From sequence record DRR723986_7087: a stretch of DNA of 20,000 bases, one strand, 5' to 3'. The stretch's first letter is position 1. Each line of letters opens with the position of its first letter. The notes under the pieces were generated by a model. It did not search any database, had not been told where the DNA came from, and was given only the letters and a program-made list of their open reading frames with translations. Made by a program: the position numbers and the translations under genes. Below, piece by piece: positions 1 to 8,614 of this stretch.

Positions 1-254
1 ATCTGACTGTAGCCATATTGCCCCAGCCCGCCGAGGTGCAATTGGCGCTGGCATAACTGTGGATCAACATTAAAACGCTCGGGAATCACGCTTAAATTCA
101 ACAGTTGACGGCCAGAGGTACTCCGGTCGCTGAGTGCGTGGTGCACCAAACGCTGCTCTTCGTGTAACACGGTGCCACCGACGGGCCCGCGAAACCATTG
201 CCGCAGTGCGGGCAACAATACTTCAGGCGAATGCTGAGCGCGCCATCTAGCCAT
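1..254 (-). CDS. YafS-like class I SAM-dependent methyltransferase, N-terminal part (runs off the window edge)
   Basis: Not in the ORF track. Manual translation from ATG at 254 (AGGGG upstream) is open to the edge: MARWRAQHSPEVLLPALRQWFRGPVGGTVLHEEQRLVHHAL... This resembles the YafS N-terminus (W-F...G..L..E). The position divergent from gloB matches the conserved yafS<-/->gloB-mltD arrangement. Confidence 0.75.
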   Translation of the reverse strand, partial: MARWRAQHSPEVLLPALRQWFRGPVGGTVLHEEQRLVHHALSDRSTSGRQLLNLSVIPERFNVDPQLCQRQLHLGGLGQYGYSQ

Positions 255-269
255 GATTTCACCCCTGTG

Positions 270-298
270 TTGACCCTGTCACCATGAGCTAATACCTT
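270..298 (+). promoter_or_regulatory. Putative sigma70 promoter for gloB-mltD (TTGACC-17 nt-TACCTT)
   Basis: TTGACC at 270-275, an exact 17-nt spacer, and TACCTT at 293-298, about 50 nt upstream of the gloB ATG at 348. Confidence 0.5.
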
Positions 299-309
299 GT
301 CTGACAAGG
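295..309. promoter_or_regulatory. Perfect inverted repeat CCTTGTC-T-GACAAGG, candidate repressor operator
   Basis: 7-bp arms with a 1-nt spacer, overlapping the putative -10 and transcription start. The GTC-N-GAC core fits the GntR/FadR-subfamily pattern GTM-N(0-1)-KAC. Confidence 0.4.
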
Positions 310-347
310 GAAAACTGTATACCCTGACGCTAAATGAGGGTTTATTT

Positions 348-1118
348 ATGGGCAAGCTGTCGGTCACGCCAATAGCGGCATTCAGCGACAATTACATCTG
401 GTGCATCTCATCTGGCGAAGACGCTGTTGTCGTCGACCCAGGCGATGCAGCGCCCGTCATCGACTTCCTTAAGCATGCCCAGCTAAAGCTTACCGCAATT
501 CTAATTACCCATCACCACTGGGACCATACTGGCGGAGTTGAGGCCCTACTGGCGCAATACCCCAACGTGGATGTCTGTGGCCCGGAAACATCCTGCGAGC
601 ACATCACCCGCCCTTTGGCAGACCACGACACCATAGGCATGCTGGGCGAAACATTTCGCGTATTGGCCGTTCCCGGCCACACCCTGGATCATCTGGCCTT
701 CTATAATGAAGAGTCTGCTCTGCTTTTTTGCGGCGATACGCTGTTTGCCGGCGGATGCGGCAGGCTTTTTGAGGGTAGCCCGGCGCAAATGTTGAACTCG
801 CTGAGTAAACTTCAGTCTTTACCTGGCGCTACTCGGGTTTACTGCGCTCATGAATACACAGCAAGTAATTTGCAGTTCGCCTTGAAGGCAGAGCCCAATA
901 ACGCCACACTGCGCAATCGTTATGAGCAGGTGCTGGCTTTGCGTGAACGCGGAGAGATAACGCTTCCCTCCACCATTGAGGAAGAGTCGGCAACCAACCC
1001 ATTCCTTCGCACCGCACAAGACGGTGTTCGTCAGGCCATTTGCCTGCGTGAAGGCAACGATAACTTAAACCAGCAAGAGGTGTTCGCCGCGCTTCGAAGC
1101 TGGAAAGACAACAGCTAA
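348..1118 (+). CDS. gloB: Hydroxyacylglutathione hydrolase (glyoxalase II)
   Basis: Metallo-beta-lactamase motifs THHHWDH, VPGHT, GDTLF, GCGRLFEG, CAHEYT and TNPFLR. ATG 348 with GAGGGT upstream is preferred over the track's TTG at 297. Confidence 0.95.
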   Translation: MGKLSVTPIAAFSDNYIWCISSGEDAVVVDPGDAAPVIDFLKHAQLKLTAILITHHHWDHTGGVEALLAQYPNVDVCGPETSCEHITRPLADHDTIGMLGETFRVLAVPGHTLDHLAFYNEESALLFCGDTLFAGGCGRLFEGSPAQMLNSLSKLQSLPGATRVYCAHEYTASNLQFALKAEPNNATLRNRYEQVLALRERGEITLPSTIEEESATNPFLRTAQDGVRQAICLREGNDNLNQQEVFAALRSWKDNS

Positions 1119-1124
1119 TTTTGC

Positions 1125-2696
1125 ATGAAAAACACGACCTACCAGCTCTTGTTGAGGCTAACTCTCGCCACCGCGCTTATCAGCGTGGGCGCTTGTGCAA
1201 CTAATCGCAGCCAGCCCACGCAAGCCAGGAACGACGCACCCGCTTGTACAGAGGGTTGCAGTGAGCATATCGCTAAACTTGAGAATCAATTACTGCCGCC
1301 ACCGATTCCTGCCAGTGAGCGCCGCTACAGCGATGTTTGGGAGCGCTTGAGTGCACAACTGAGTTTCTTGCCGCTAACCGAGCGCCGCGAAGTCGATAAA
1401 CTGGAAGACTGGTATAGCAAGCACGGCCACTACATGGCCAAGATGAGCGCCCGCGCCGGGAATTATATCTATCACGTCGTGAAAGAGCTTGAAGCCCGCG
1501 ATATGCCGATAGACCTGGCGCTACTGCCTTTTGTCGAGAGCGCCTACGACCCTTTCGCCTACTCCCATGGCCGCGCTGCGGGTCTCTGGCAATTTATTCC
1601 GAATACCGCCAAATACGTCGGCATTCAACAAAACTGGTGGTATGACGGTCGCCGCGATGTTCTGGTCGCCACCGACGCCGCGCTGGATTACCTCACCACC
1701 TTAAACAAGCGCTTCGACGGTGACTGGATGCTGACCCTGGCGGCATACAATGCCGGCGCGGGCACGGTGAATCGCGCCATTCGCCGCAACCGCAAGGCGG
1801 GTAAGCCGACAGATTTTTGGTCGCTAAAACTCCCCAAGGAAACCAAGCGCTACGTGCCAAAACTGCTGGCGCTGGTCAAAATTTACCAAAACCCCGCGCG
1901 CTACAACATCAGCTTGCCGGCCGTTGCCGACGCGCCGCGCTTTGAAAAGGTGGCCATAGACAGCCAGATAGATCTCGCCAAAGCCGCTGCCCTGGCGGAT
2001 ATCAGCGTCGAGGAGCTATATCGCTACAACCCAGGCTTCAACCGCTGGGTGACAGCGCCGGAGGGCCCTCACCACCTTCTGATTCCCAGCAAGCAGGCCG
2101 AAAAATTTAAAACTCGCTTGGCCGCCCTGCCCAAAGAACAGCGCATTGCCTGGCAGCGCTATCGAGTTTCACCGGGTGACAACTTGATTAGCATTGCCAA
2201 ACGCCACCACATCGATATTGCCAGCATTAAGCGTTTCAACAAGCTCAATGGCGATATGTTGCGCGTCGGCCAAGAGCTCCTGATACCCGCCAGCAGCCAG
2301 GCGACCACCTCCCCCAACTTAGACCGTGGTATTGCTGAGCGCGGCCGCCACCAGTCGCAGCATATTGTTCGCCGCGGCGACACGCTCAGCGGCATTGCTC
2401 AACGGCACAAGGTGTCCGTCAAGCAACTCATTCGCTGGAATCGCCTGGATCAAGGTGCCCTCATCAAACCGGGGCAAAAACTAGCGATCTGGAAAAAAGG
2501 CCCATCGTCAGGCAATGGTATCGTGCGTAAAGTGGGCTATAAGGTTCGCAGCGGCGACTCGCTGTCGCGTATCGCGAGCCGCTTCAAGCTGAAAATTGCC
2601 GATATTCTGGAGTGGAATTCAATTGGCCGCAGCAGTTATTTGCAACCCGGCCAATCGCTGACCCTCTACGTCGACGTTACGCGGGCCGACCTGTAG
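1125..2696 (+). CDS. mltD: Membrane-bound lytic murein transglycosylase D (lipoprotein, SLT domain + LysM repeats)
   Basis: Lipobox VGA-C. SLT motifs LPFVES (catalytic Glu), AAGLWQF, AAYNAG and ETKRYVPK. Three C-terminal LysM repeats (YRVSPGDNL, HIVRRGDTL, YKVRSGDSL). Directly follows gloB. Confidence 0.95.
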   Translation: MKNTTYQLLLRLTLATALISVGACATNRSQPTQARNDAPACTEGCSEHIAKLENQLLPPPIPASERRYSDVWERLSAQLSFLPLTERREVDKLEDWYSKHGHYMAKMSARAGNYIYHVVKELEARDMPIDLALLPFVESAYDPFAYSHGRAAGLWQFIPNTAKYVGIQQNWWYDGRRDVLVATDAALDYLTTLNKRFDGDWMLTLAAYNAGAGTVNRAIRRNRKAGKPTDFWSLKLPKETKRYVPKLLALVKIYQNPARYNISLPAVADAPRFEKVAIDSQIDLAKAAALADISVEELYRYNPGFNRWVTAPEGPHHLLIPSKQAEKFKTRLAALPKEQRIAWQRYRVSPGDNLISIAKRHHIDIASIKRFNKLNGDMLRVGQELLIPASSQATTSPNLDRGIAERGRHQSQHIVRRGDTLSGIAQRHKVSVKQLIRWNRLDQGALIKPGQKLAIWKKGPSSGNGIVRKVGYKVRSGDSLSRIASRFKLKIADILEWNSIGRSSYLQPGQSLTLYVDVTRADL

Positions 2697-2723
2697 TTGA
2701 CAGCCACCTGACTGGAAGTACCT

Positions 2724-3752
2724 ATGCTTGGCTATTTCGTTCGTCGCGGCCTGTTGATTATCCCTACATTCATTGGCATCACTCTGCTGGTGTTCAGTAT
2801 TACCCGTGTTGTTCCCGGCGGGCCGATAGAGCGAATGATGACCCAGGCCCAGCTCGGTGGCGAAGCAGGCAGCCTGCACCGCAGCGAGGGCGGTGGCACG
2901 CTATCTGACGAGCAGCTCGAAGAGCTCAAACGCTACTACGGCTTCGACAAACCCTTGCTGAGCAGTTATGCCATCTGGCTAAAACAGGTGCTGCGCTTTG
3001 ACCTGGGCCTCTCCACCCGCTATCAGGACCCCGTTTGGGACATCATCAAGGAGCGCTTTCCGGTCTCCGTATTCTACGGCGTGACAACACTCGTGCTCAC
3101 CTACCTCGTCTGTATCCCGCTGGGCCTGCTAAAAGGCATGTACCACGGCAGCCGGTTTGACAATTTGTCGTCAGCAGTGGTGTTCCTGGGTTACGCGCTA
3201 CCCAGCTATGTCATTGGTATTGCGTTGATTTCGGTGTTTGCCGGTTACTACGACTGGTTTCCTCTCGGCGGCTTCGTCTCCGACAACTTCGAGGAACTCT
3301 CGCCGCTGGCCAAGGCCAAAGACGTTTTTCACCACGCTGCGCTGCCGCTTATTGCCTATTTAGCGGGAAGTTTTGCGGTGACAACCCTGATGATGAAAAA
3401 CGCCTTGATGGATAATTTATCAGCTGACTACATGCGCACAGCGGCGGCAAAGGGCCTCAGTTTAGGAAAAAGCGTTCGCCGGCACGCGCTGCGCAATAGT
3501 CTTATTCCCGTCGCCACCTCCTTTGGCAACAATATTTCCTTGCTGATTGGCGGCTCCTTTTTGATCGAGACCATTTTCAACATCGACGGTATTGGACTAC
3601 TCGGCTACGAGGCCATTATTGAGCGAGACTACCCCATAGTGATGGGCATCTTGGTGATCTCGTCCCTGCTCTACCTGATAGGCAATATTCTTTCCGATAT
3701 CTGTGTGGCCATTGTTGACCCGCGCATTCGCTTTGGTGGAGGGAGCCGTTAA
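2724..3752 (+). CDS. yejB: Peptide ABC transporter permease, YejB/NppB type
   Basis: N-terminus YFVRRGLLIIPT...PGGPIE, LKRYYGFDKP, EAA-type loop DYMRTAAAKGL, and the DPRI C-terminus. Confidence 0.85.
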   Translation: MLGYFVRRGLLIIPTFIGITLLVFSITRVVPGGPIERMMTQAQLGGEAGSLHRSEGGGTLSDEQLEELKRYYGFDKPLLSSYAIWLKQVLRFDLGLSTRYQDPVWDIIKERFPVSVFYGVTTLVLTYLVCIPLGLLKGMYHGSRFDNLSSAVVFLGYALPSYVIGIALISVFAGYYDWFPLGGFVSDNFEELSPLAKAKDVFHHAALPLIAYLAGSFAVTTLMMKNALMDNLSADYMRTAAAKGLSLGKSVRRHALRNSLIPVATSFGNNISLLIGGSFLIETIFNIDGIGLLGYEAIIERDYPIVMGILVISSLLYLIGNILSDICVAIVDPRIRFGGGSR

Positions 3753-4801
3753 TGAATCTGCTGCGAAACCCCGTCGCCCAAAAGCGCTGGCAGCGTTTCA
3801 AGCAATCCCGTCGAGGCTATATCTCCGCTTGGTTGTTGCTGGTGTTGACCACGCTCAGTTTTGGCGCGGAGCTGCTTGCCAACCATCGGCCACTGCTGGT
3901 GAGTTACCAGGGCGAGCTGTATTTCCCCACCTTTGGGGCACAGCACAGCGGCAAGGATTTTGGCCTGGACATCGACTACGAGCCGAATTACCGCGAACTA
4001 CAGACGCAGTTTCGCGACGCCGACGAGGGCAATTGGGTGCTCATGCCCCCGATTCCCTACGGCCCGTTGGAAAATGACCTGATAGCCGGGGATTTCCCAC
4101 CTCACGCACCCTCGCTCACCACACGGCATTATCTGGGCACCGACACCAGCGGGCGCGACGTCCTTGCCAGGCTGATATACGGCTTTCGTACTGCGATGCT
4201 ATTCTCGCTTGTGCTATTGGTATTTAACTACGCTATTGGCGTCGCCATTGGCTGCATGATGGGATATTGGGGTGGCGCCTTTGACTTATTTTTCCAGCGC
4301 ATTATCGAAATTTGGTCCAATGTCCCCTTCCTGTACGTGATCATGATTGTCGCCTCCATCATCACCCCGGGCTTCTGGACCCTGCTGTTCATTATGGCGT
4401 TCTTCGGCTGGACCGCCATGACCTGGTATATGCGTACCGCGACGTACAAGGAGGTCTCTCGGGATTACGTGATGGCAGCGCGTGCGCTCGGCGCCTCGGG
4501 TAGCCGTATTGTTTTCCGGCATATCCTGCCGAATAGCGTATCGACACTGATCACCTTTGTTCCCTTCTCCGTGGCGTCGGGTATCACCGCACTTACCGCC
4601 TTGGACTATTTAGGCTTTGGCCTTCCGGCGCCAACACCCAGCTGGGGAGAACTGCTCAAGCAGGGCACAGAAAACATGGAATCGCTGTGGCTGGTTGGCT
4701 CGGTAGTGGTGGCCATGACCCTAATATTGATGCTTGTTGCCTATGTCGGCGAGGCGATTCGCGATGCCTACGATCCACGAAAATTCAGTTTCTATGAATA
4801 A
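3752..4801 (+). CDS. yejE: Peptide ABC transporter permease, YejE/NppC type
   Basis: WQRFKQSRRGY...AELLANHRPL, LGTDTSGRDVLARLIYGFR, DYVMAARALG and GEAIRDAYDP. TAATG overlap with the upstream permease. Confidence 0.85.
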   Translation: MNLLRNPVAQKRWQRFKQSRRGYISAWLLLVLTTLSFGAELLANHRPLLVSYQGELYFPTFGAQHSGKDFGLDIDYEPNYRELQTQFRDADEGNWVLMPPIPYGPLENDLIAGDFPPHAPSLTTRHYLGTDTSGRDVLARLIYGFRTAMLFSLVLLVFNYAIGVAIGCMMGYWGGAFDLFFQRIIEIWSNVPFLYVIMIVASIITPGFWTLLFIMAFFGWTAMTWYMRTATYKEVSRDYVMAARALGASGSRIVFRHILPNSVSTLITFVPFSVASGITALTALDYLGFGLPAPTPSWGELLKQGTENMESLWLVGSVVVAMTLILMLVAYVGEAIRDAYDPRKFSFYE

Positions 4802-6620
4802 ACGCCTCTCACAACTGCTGTTGTTATTCGTCGCGGCTTTCCCCTTATGGATTTACGCCGCCGAAGACGCCAAGCTACCCGACCAGTTGCCCGAGAATCT
4901 GTCCTGGCAAACCAACCTGAGCGACCCCATTTTCGCCAGCCCTGAAGCCAAACGCGGCGGCCGCTTTCGCAGCTTTATTACCACCTTTCCGCTCACGCTG
5001 CGTTTGGTAGGCCCCGACTCCAATGGCAGTTTTGCGAGCTATATGCGCGCCAACCATCTGGGACTGGTCGGCATACACCCGAACACGCTGAACCCCATAC
5101 CGGAACTTGCCACGCACTGGGCGTTTGGCGACGACGGACACAGCCTCTACTACCGTTTAGACCCGGACGCTCGATGGTCCGACGGCAAACCCGTTACCGC
5201 CGATGACTATCTGTTTGCGCTGCAATTTATGCGCTCTAAATTCATATTGGCACCGTGGTATAACAACCATTACAACACCGTGATCCTCGATGTCGTAAAG
5301 TATGACGACCACACGATTGGCATCCTCGGCAGTGTTGCCAAACCCCGCGATGAAATGCTGTTTGAATACAGCATTTCGCCGGTACCCGCCCATTTCCACA
5401 AACTGGATGAAAACTGGGTACGCGACTACAACTGGAAGATAGCGCCGAACACCGGCCCTTACGTTATCGACACCATTCGCAAGGGCAAATATATTGAGTT
5501 CCGCCGAAAGCAGGACTGGTGGGGGAATGACAAGCGTTACTTCCAGCACCGCTTCAACCCCGATTTTTTGCGTGTAAAACTCATACGGGACATCAATATC
5601 GCGTATCAGTACTTTCGCAAAGGCGAGCTGGATAGCTTCCCCCTGCTCATGCCGCGGCTGTGGCATAAAAAAGCCCAAGGGCGCATTTTTGAGCAGGGCT
5701 ATGCGGGTAAAATCAAATTTTATAACAGCGTTCCCAGGCCGATTTCCGGGTTATTTCTCAACGAGGATGTCCCTCTGCTCAGCGACCGCAATGTTCGCTA
5801 TGCCATTGCTCATGCCCTTAATATCGACAAAGTGATTAACACCGTGCTGCACGGTGACTACGAACGCCTACAGACCGCCCACGAAGGCTATGGCGATTAC
5901 AGCAACCCCGATATTCGCGCCCGCGAATTCGACTTAGACAAAGCCAACCGCCTGCTAAATGCCGCCGGTTGGGACACCCGTGGTCCCGACGGTATACGGC
6001 AAAAAGACGGGCAGCGCCTGAGCATTCGCGTAACGTACTACAGCAGCGGCCACAACGACCGCTTGGTGATCTTGGCACAGGAGGCGCGCAAAGCGGGTAT
6101 AGAGCTGTCACTGCAACTTCTCGACCCCTCTGCCGCCTTCAAACAAATTCTGGAAAACAAACATCAAGCGGCTTGGATGGCGTGGTCAGGCGGCGGCTTG
6201 TCGCCACGCTATTGGCAGTTCTACCACTCGGACAACGCCCACAAGCCCCAAACAAACAATGTGACCAACACCGACAACCCGGAAATCGACGCAAAAATCG
6301 ATGCCTATCGCGCAGCCACAGACAAGGCCAGCCGGGTCAAATTAGCACGCGAATTGGAACAACGGGTGTTCGAGCAGGGCTCATTTATCCCGACTTTTAA
6401 AGTGCCTTACACCCGCGAAGCATTCTGGCGCTGGCTAAAACTGCCGGACTTTCACGGTACTCGCAGCACCGACAGTCTATTCGATCCGCTGGGCAGCACA
6501 GGCGGCCTATTCTGGATCGACAGTGATGAACAGCAGCGCGTTGACGAGGCCAAATCCCGCAATAAGGCCCTGGATCCAGTCATGATTGTGAACAAACGCT
6601 GGGCAACTGGCGATGAATGA
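4794..6620 (+). CDS. Periplasmic solute-binding protein, family 5 (YejA/NppA-like)
   Basis: ATG 4794 gives a Sec signal peptide (MNKRLSQLLLLFVAAFPLWIYA/AED). Family-5 features: PEAKRGG, PELATHW, ARWSDGKPVTADD, TGPY, DRNVRYAIAHA, ANRLLNAAGW. Confidence 0.85.
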   Translation: MNKRLSQLLLLFVAAFPLWIYAAEDAKLPDQLPENLSWQTNLSDPIFASPEAKRGGRFRSFITTFPLTLRLVGPDSNGSFASYMRANHLGLVGIHPNTLNPIPELATHWAFGDDGHSLYYRLDPDARWSDGKPVTADDYLFALQFMRSKFILAPWYNNHYNTVILDVVKYDDHTIGILGSVAKPRDEMLFEYSISPVPAHFHKLDENWVRDYNWKIAPNTGPYVIDTIRKGKYIEFRRKQDWWGNDKRYFQHRFNPDFLRVKLIRDINIAYQYFRKGELDSFPLLMPRLWHKKAQGRIFEQGYAGKIKFYNSVPRPISGLFLNEDVPLLSDRNVRYAIAHALNIDKVINTVLHGDYERLQTAHEGYGDYSNPDIRAREFDLDKANRLLNAAGWDTRGPDGIRQKDGQRLSIRVTYYSSGHNDRLVILAQEARKAGIELSLQLLDPSAAFKQILENKHQAAWMAWSGGGLSPRYWQFYHSDNAHKPQTNNVTNTDNPEIDAKIDAYRAATDKASRVKLARELEQRVFEQGSFIPTFKVPYTREAFWRWLKLPDFHGTRSTDSLFDPLGSTGGLFWIDSDEQQRVDEAKSRNKALDPVMIVNKRWATGDE

Positions 6621-7605
6621 GTCAGCCGTTATCCGCGCAGATAAGCTCTGCATCAGTATTACCGACGATGCCGGTCGGCAGCATCAACTGGTCAACCAAC
6701 TGAGCTTGCAGATTTTCCCCGGCGAAACACTCGGGCTGGTCGGCGAATCAGGCTGCGGCAAGAGCCTTACCGCCATGTCGCTGATGGGCCTGCTACCCCG
6801 GCCCCAGGCGGAGATCTCCGGCGGGCGAATTCACTACCGCGGCAGCGAAATCGACTGCCGCGATGCACAGGCCTTCCGGTCACTGCGCAGTCGCGATATC
6901 GCGGTTATTTTCCAGGACCCGATGACCGCCCTGAACCCGGTACACACGATCGCACAACAAATTGGCGAAACACTGCGCTTGCACTGCCCTGAACTCAGCC
7001 GAAAACAGCGACGCGAACGCTGTATTGCGCTGTTGCAAGACGTTGGGATGCCCGCCGCTGAGCAGCGGCTTTCCAGCTACCCCCATCAACTCTCTGGCGG
7101 CATGCGCCAGCGCGTGATGATTGCCATGGCACTGGCCGGCGAGCCCAAACTGCTTATCGCCGATGAGCCGACCACCGCGCTGGATGTCACCATTCAAGCG
7201 CAAATACTCCAGCTCCTTAAAACCCTGCAACAAAAACGCGATATGGCAATGCTGTTTATCACCCATGACCTCGCACTGGTTTCTCAGCTGGCCGATCGCG
7301 TGGCAGTGATGTATGCCGGGGAAATTGTTGAGCAAAATCGTGCCGCAGCGCTCTTTGCCAACCCCAGGCATCCGTATACAAAAGGCCTGTTAGCCGCACT
7401 GCCCGCGAAAGCCGCAGCGCCGAAGAGCCGTTTAAACGCGCTGGGTGGTCAGGTGCCCAGTATTGACGCCATGCCGCCAGGCTGCCGCTTCGCCAATCGC
7501 TGCGACCATGCAACGCCGCTGTGCCAGCAAAGCGCTCCACCTATGACGCCGCGAGACAATGGCGCAGAGATTGCCTGTCACCACTGGAGGGTAATTGATG
7601 ACTGA
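6613..7605 (+). CDS. Oligopeptide ABC transporter ATPase, OppD/DppD type
   Basis: Walker A GESGCGKS, signature LSGGMRQR, Walker B LIADEPT, H-loop ITHD, HPY motif and C-terminal C-x5-C-x6-C-x17-C. Confidence 0.92.
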   Translation: MNESAVIRADKLCISITDDAGRQHQLVNQLSLQIFPGETLGLVGESGCGKSLTAMSLMGLLPRPQAEISGGRIHYRGSEIDCRDAQAFRSLRSRDIAVIFQDPMTALNPVHTIAQQIGETLRLHCPELSRKQRRERCIALLQDVGMPAAEQRLSSYPHQLSGGMRQRVMIAMALAGEPKLLIADEPTTALDVTIQAQILQLLKTLQQKRDMAMLFITHDLALVSQLADRVAVMYAGEIVEQNRAAALFANPRHPYTKGLLAALPAKAAAPKSRLNALGGQVPSIDAMPPGCRFANRCDHATPLCQQSAPPMTPRDNGAEIACHHWRVIDD

Positions 7606-8581
7606 AGCACTGCTACGGGCCGAAAACCTATCACTGCACTTCCCTCAGTCTCAGGGCTTCCTAAAACCAAAACTGCTACTGCGCGCAGTGGACGGCGTTA
7701 GCTTCGCTTTGCAGCCAGGTGAGACGTTAGGGTTGGTTGGGGAGTCCGGCTGCGGCAAAAGCAGTCTGGGTAAAGCACTTCTCAACCTGCACCGCCCTAC
7801 CTCCGGCACTGTAGAGTTCGAGGGCCGGGATATTACTGGCCTCAGCGCTACGCAAATGCGCCCGCTGCGACGCGATATGCAGATGGTGTTTCAAGACCCG
7901 TTCGAGTCCTTGAACAGCCGTCACACGGTGGCAACAATTCTTGAAGAGCCGCTGATCATCCACCGCTTGGGCAGCAGCAGTTGGCGTCGTCGCCGCGTCA
8001 ACGAATTACTCGAACTCGTTGGCCTTCCGGCCTCTGCACTCGGTAAATACCCCCACGAATTTAGCGGCGGTCAGCGCCAGCGCATTGGTATTGCGCGCGC
8101 CATTGCCCTGGAGCCCAAACTGCTGATCTGCGATGAAGCCGTTTCTGCGCTCGACGTCTCAGTGCAGGCGCAAATTTTGAATCTGCTATTGGACATACAG
8201 CAACGGCTGTCACTGGCGATGCTGTTCATTTCTCACGACATCTCCGTTGTCAAACACATGAGCGACCGCATCGCGGTGATGTACCTGGGAGAGTTAGTAG
8301 AAATCGGTGATGCCCGGTCGCTGTGCGAGCGCCCCGCCCATCCCTACACCCGCGCCCTGCTTTCTGCAGTACCACAACTGGCCAGCCCGACGCTGCCCCA
8401 AGCTGCCCTAAGCGGCGATATGCCATCCCCTATGGCAATGCCCGAGGGCTGCCGCTTTGCCGGGCGCTGCCCCCACCAACGCGCCGAGTGTCTCACGCAG
8501 CCGCCGCGTTTGGAAAAGCGTCACGACGGCCGGGAAATTGCGTGCCACTTCTGGCGGGAAATTCCCGATGATTTACCGTAA
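7598..8581 (+). CDS. Oligopeptide ABC transporter ATPase, OppF/DppF type
   Basis: [37 protein letters not shown] and C-terminal C-x5-C-x6-C-x17-C. GGAGG lies upstream of ATG 7598. Confidence 0.92.
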   Translation: MTEALLRAENLSLHFPQSQGFLKPKLLLRAVDGVSFALQPGETLGLVGESGCGKSSLGKALLNLHRPTSGTVEFEGRDITGLSATQMRPLRRDMQMVFQDPFESLNSRHTVATILEEPLIIHRLGSSSWRRRRVNELLELVGLPASALGKYPHEFSGGQRQRIGIARAIALEPKLLICDEAVSALDVSVQAQILNLLLDIQQRLSLAMLFISHDISVVKHMSDRIAVMYLGELVEIGDARSLCERPAHPYTRALLSAVPQLASPTLPQAALSGDMPSPMAMPEGCRFAGRCPHQRAECLTQPPRLEKRHDGREIACHFWREIPDDLP

Positions 8582-8614
8582 ACTAGCCAGCAAAACTGAT
8601 CTCGGATAATCGTC

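Noticed and set aside
314..330. LexA (SOS) box-like ACTGTATACCCTGACGC upstream of gloB
   Set aside because: The left half matches, but the right half is ACGC rather than ACAG, so the invariant CAG is missing.
2697..2728. Perfect TTGACA between mltD and the first permease as an internal promoter
   Set aside because: There is no correctly spaced -10. TATGCT is 20 nt away and overlaps the start codon.
6720..8360. Nucleotide similarity between segments of the two ATPase genes, and among LysM-coding segments of mltD
   Set aside because: Explained by paralogous protein motifs, not by DNA repeats.
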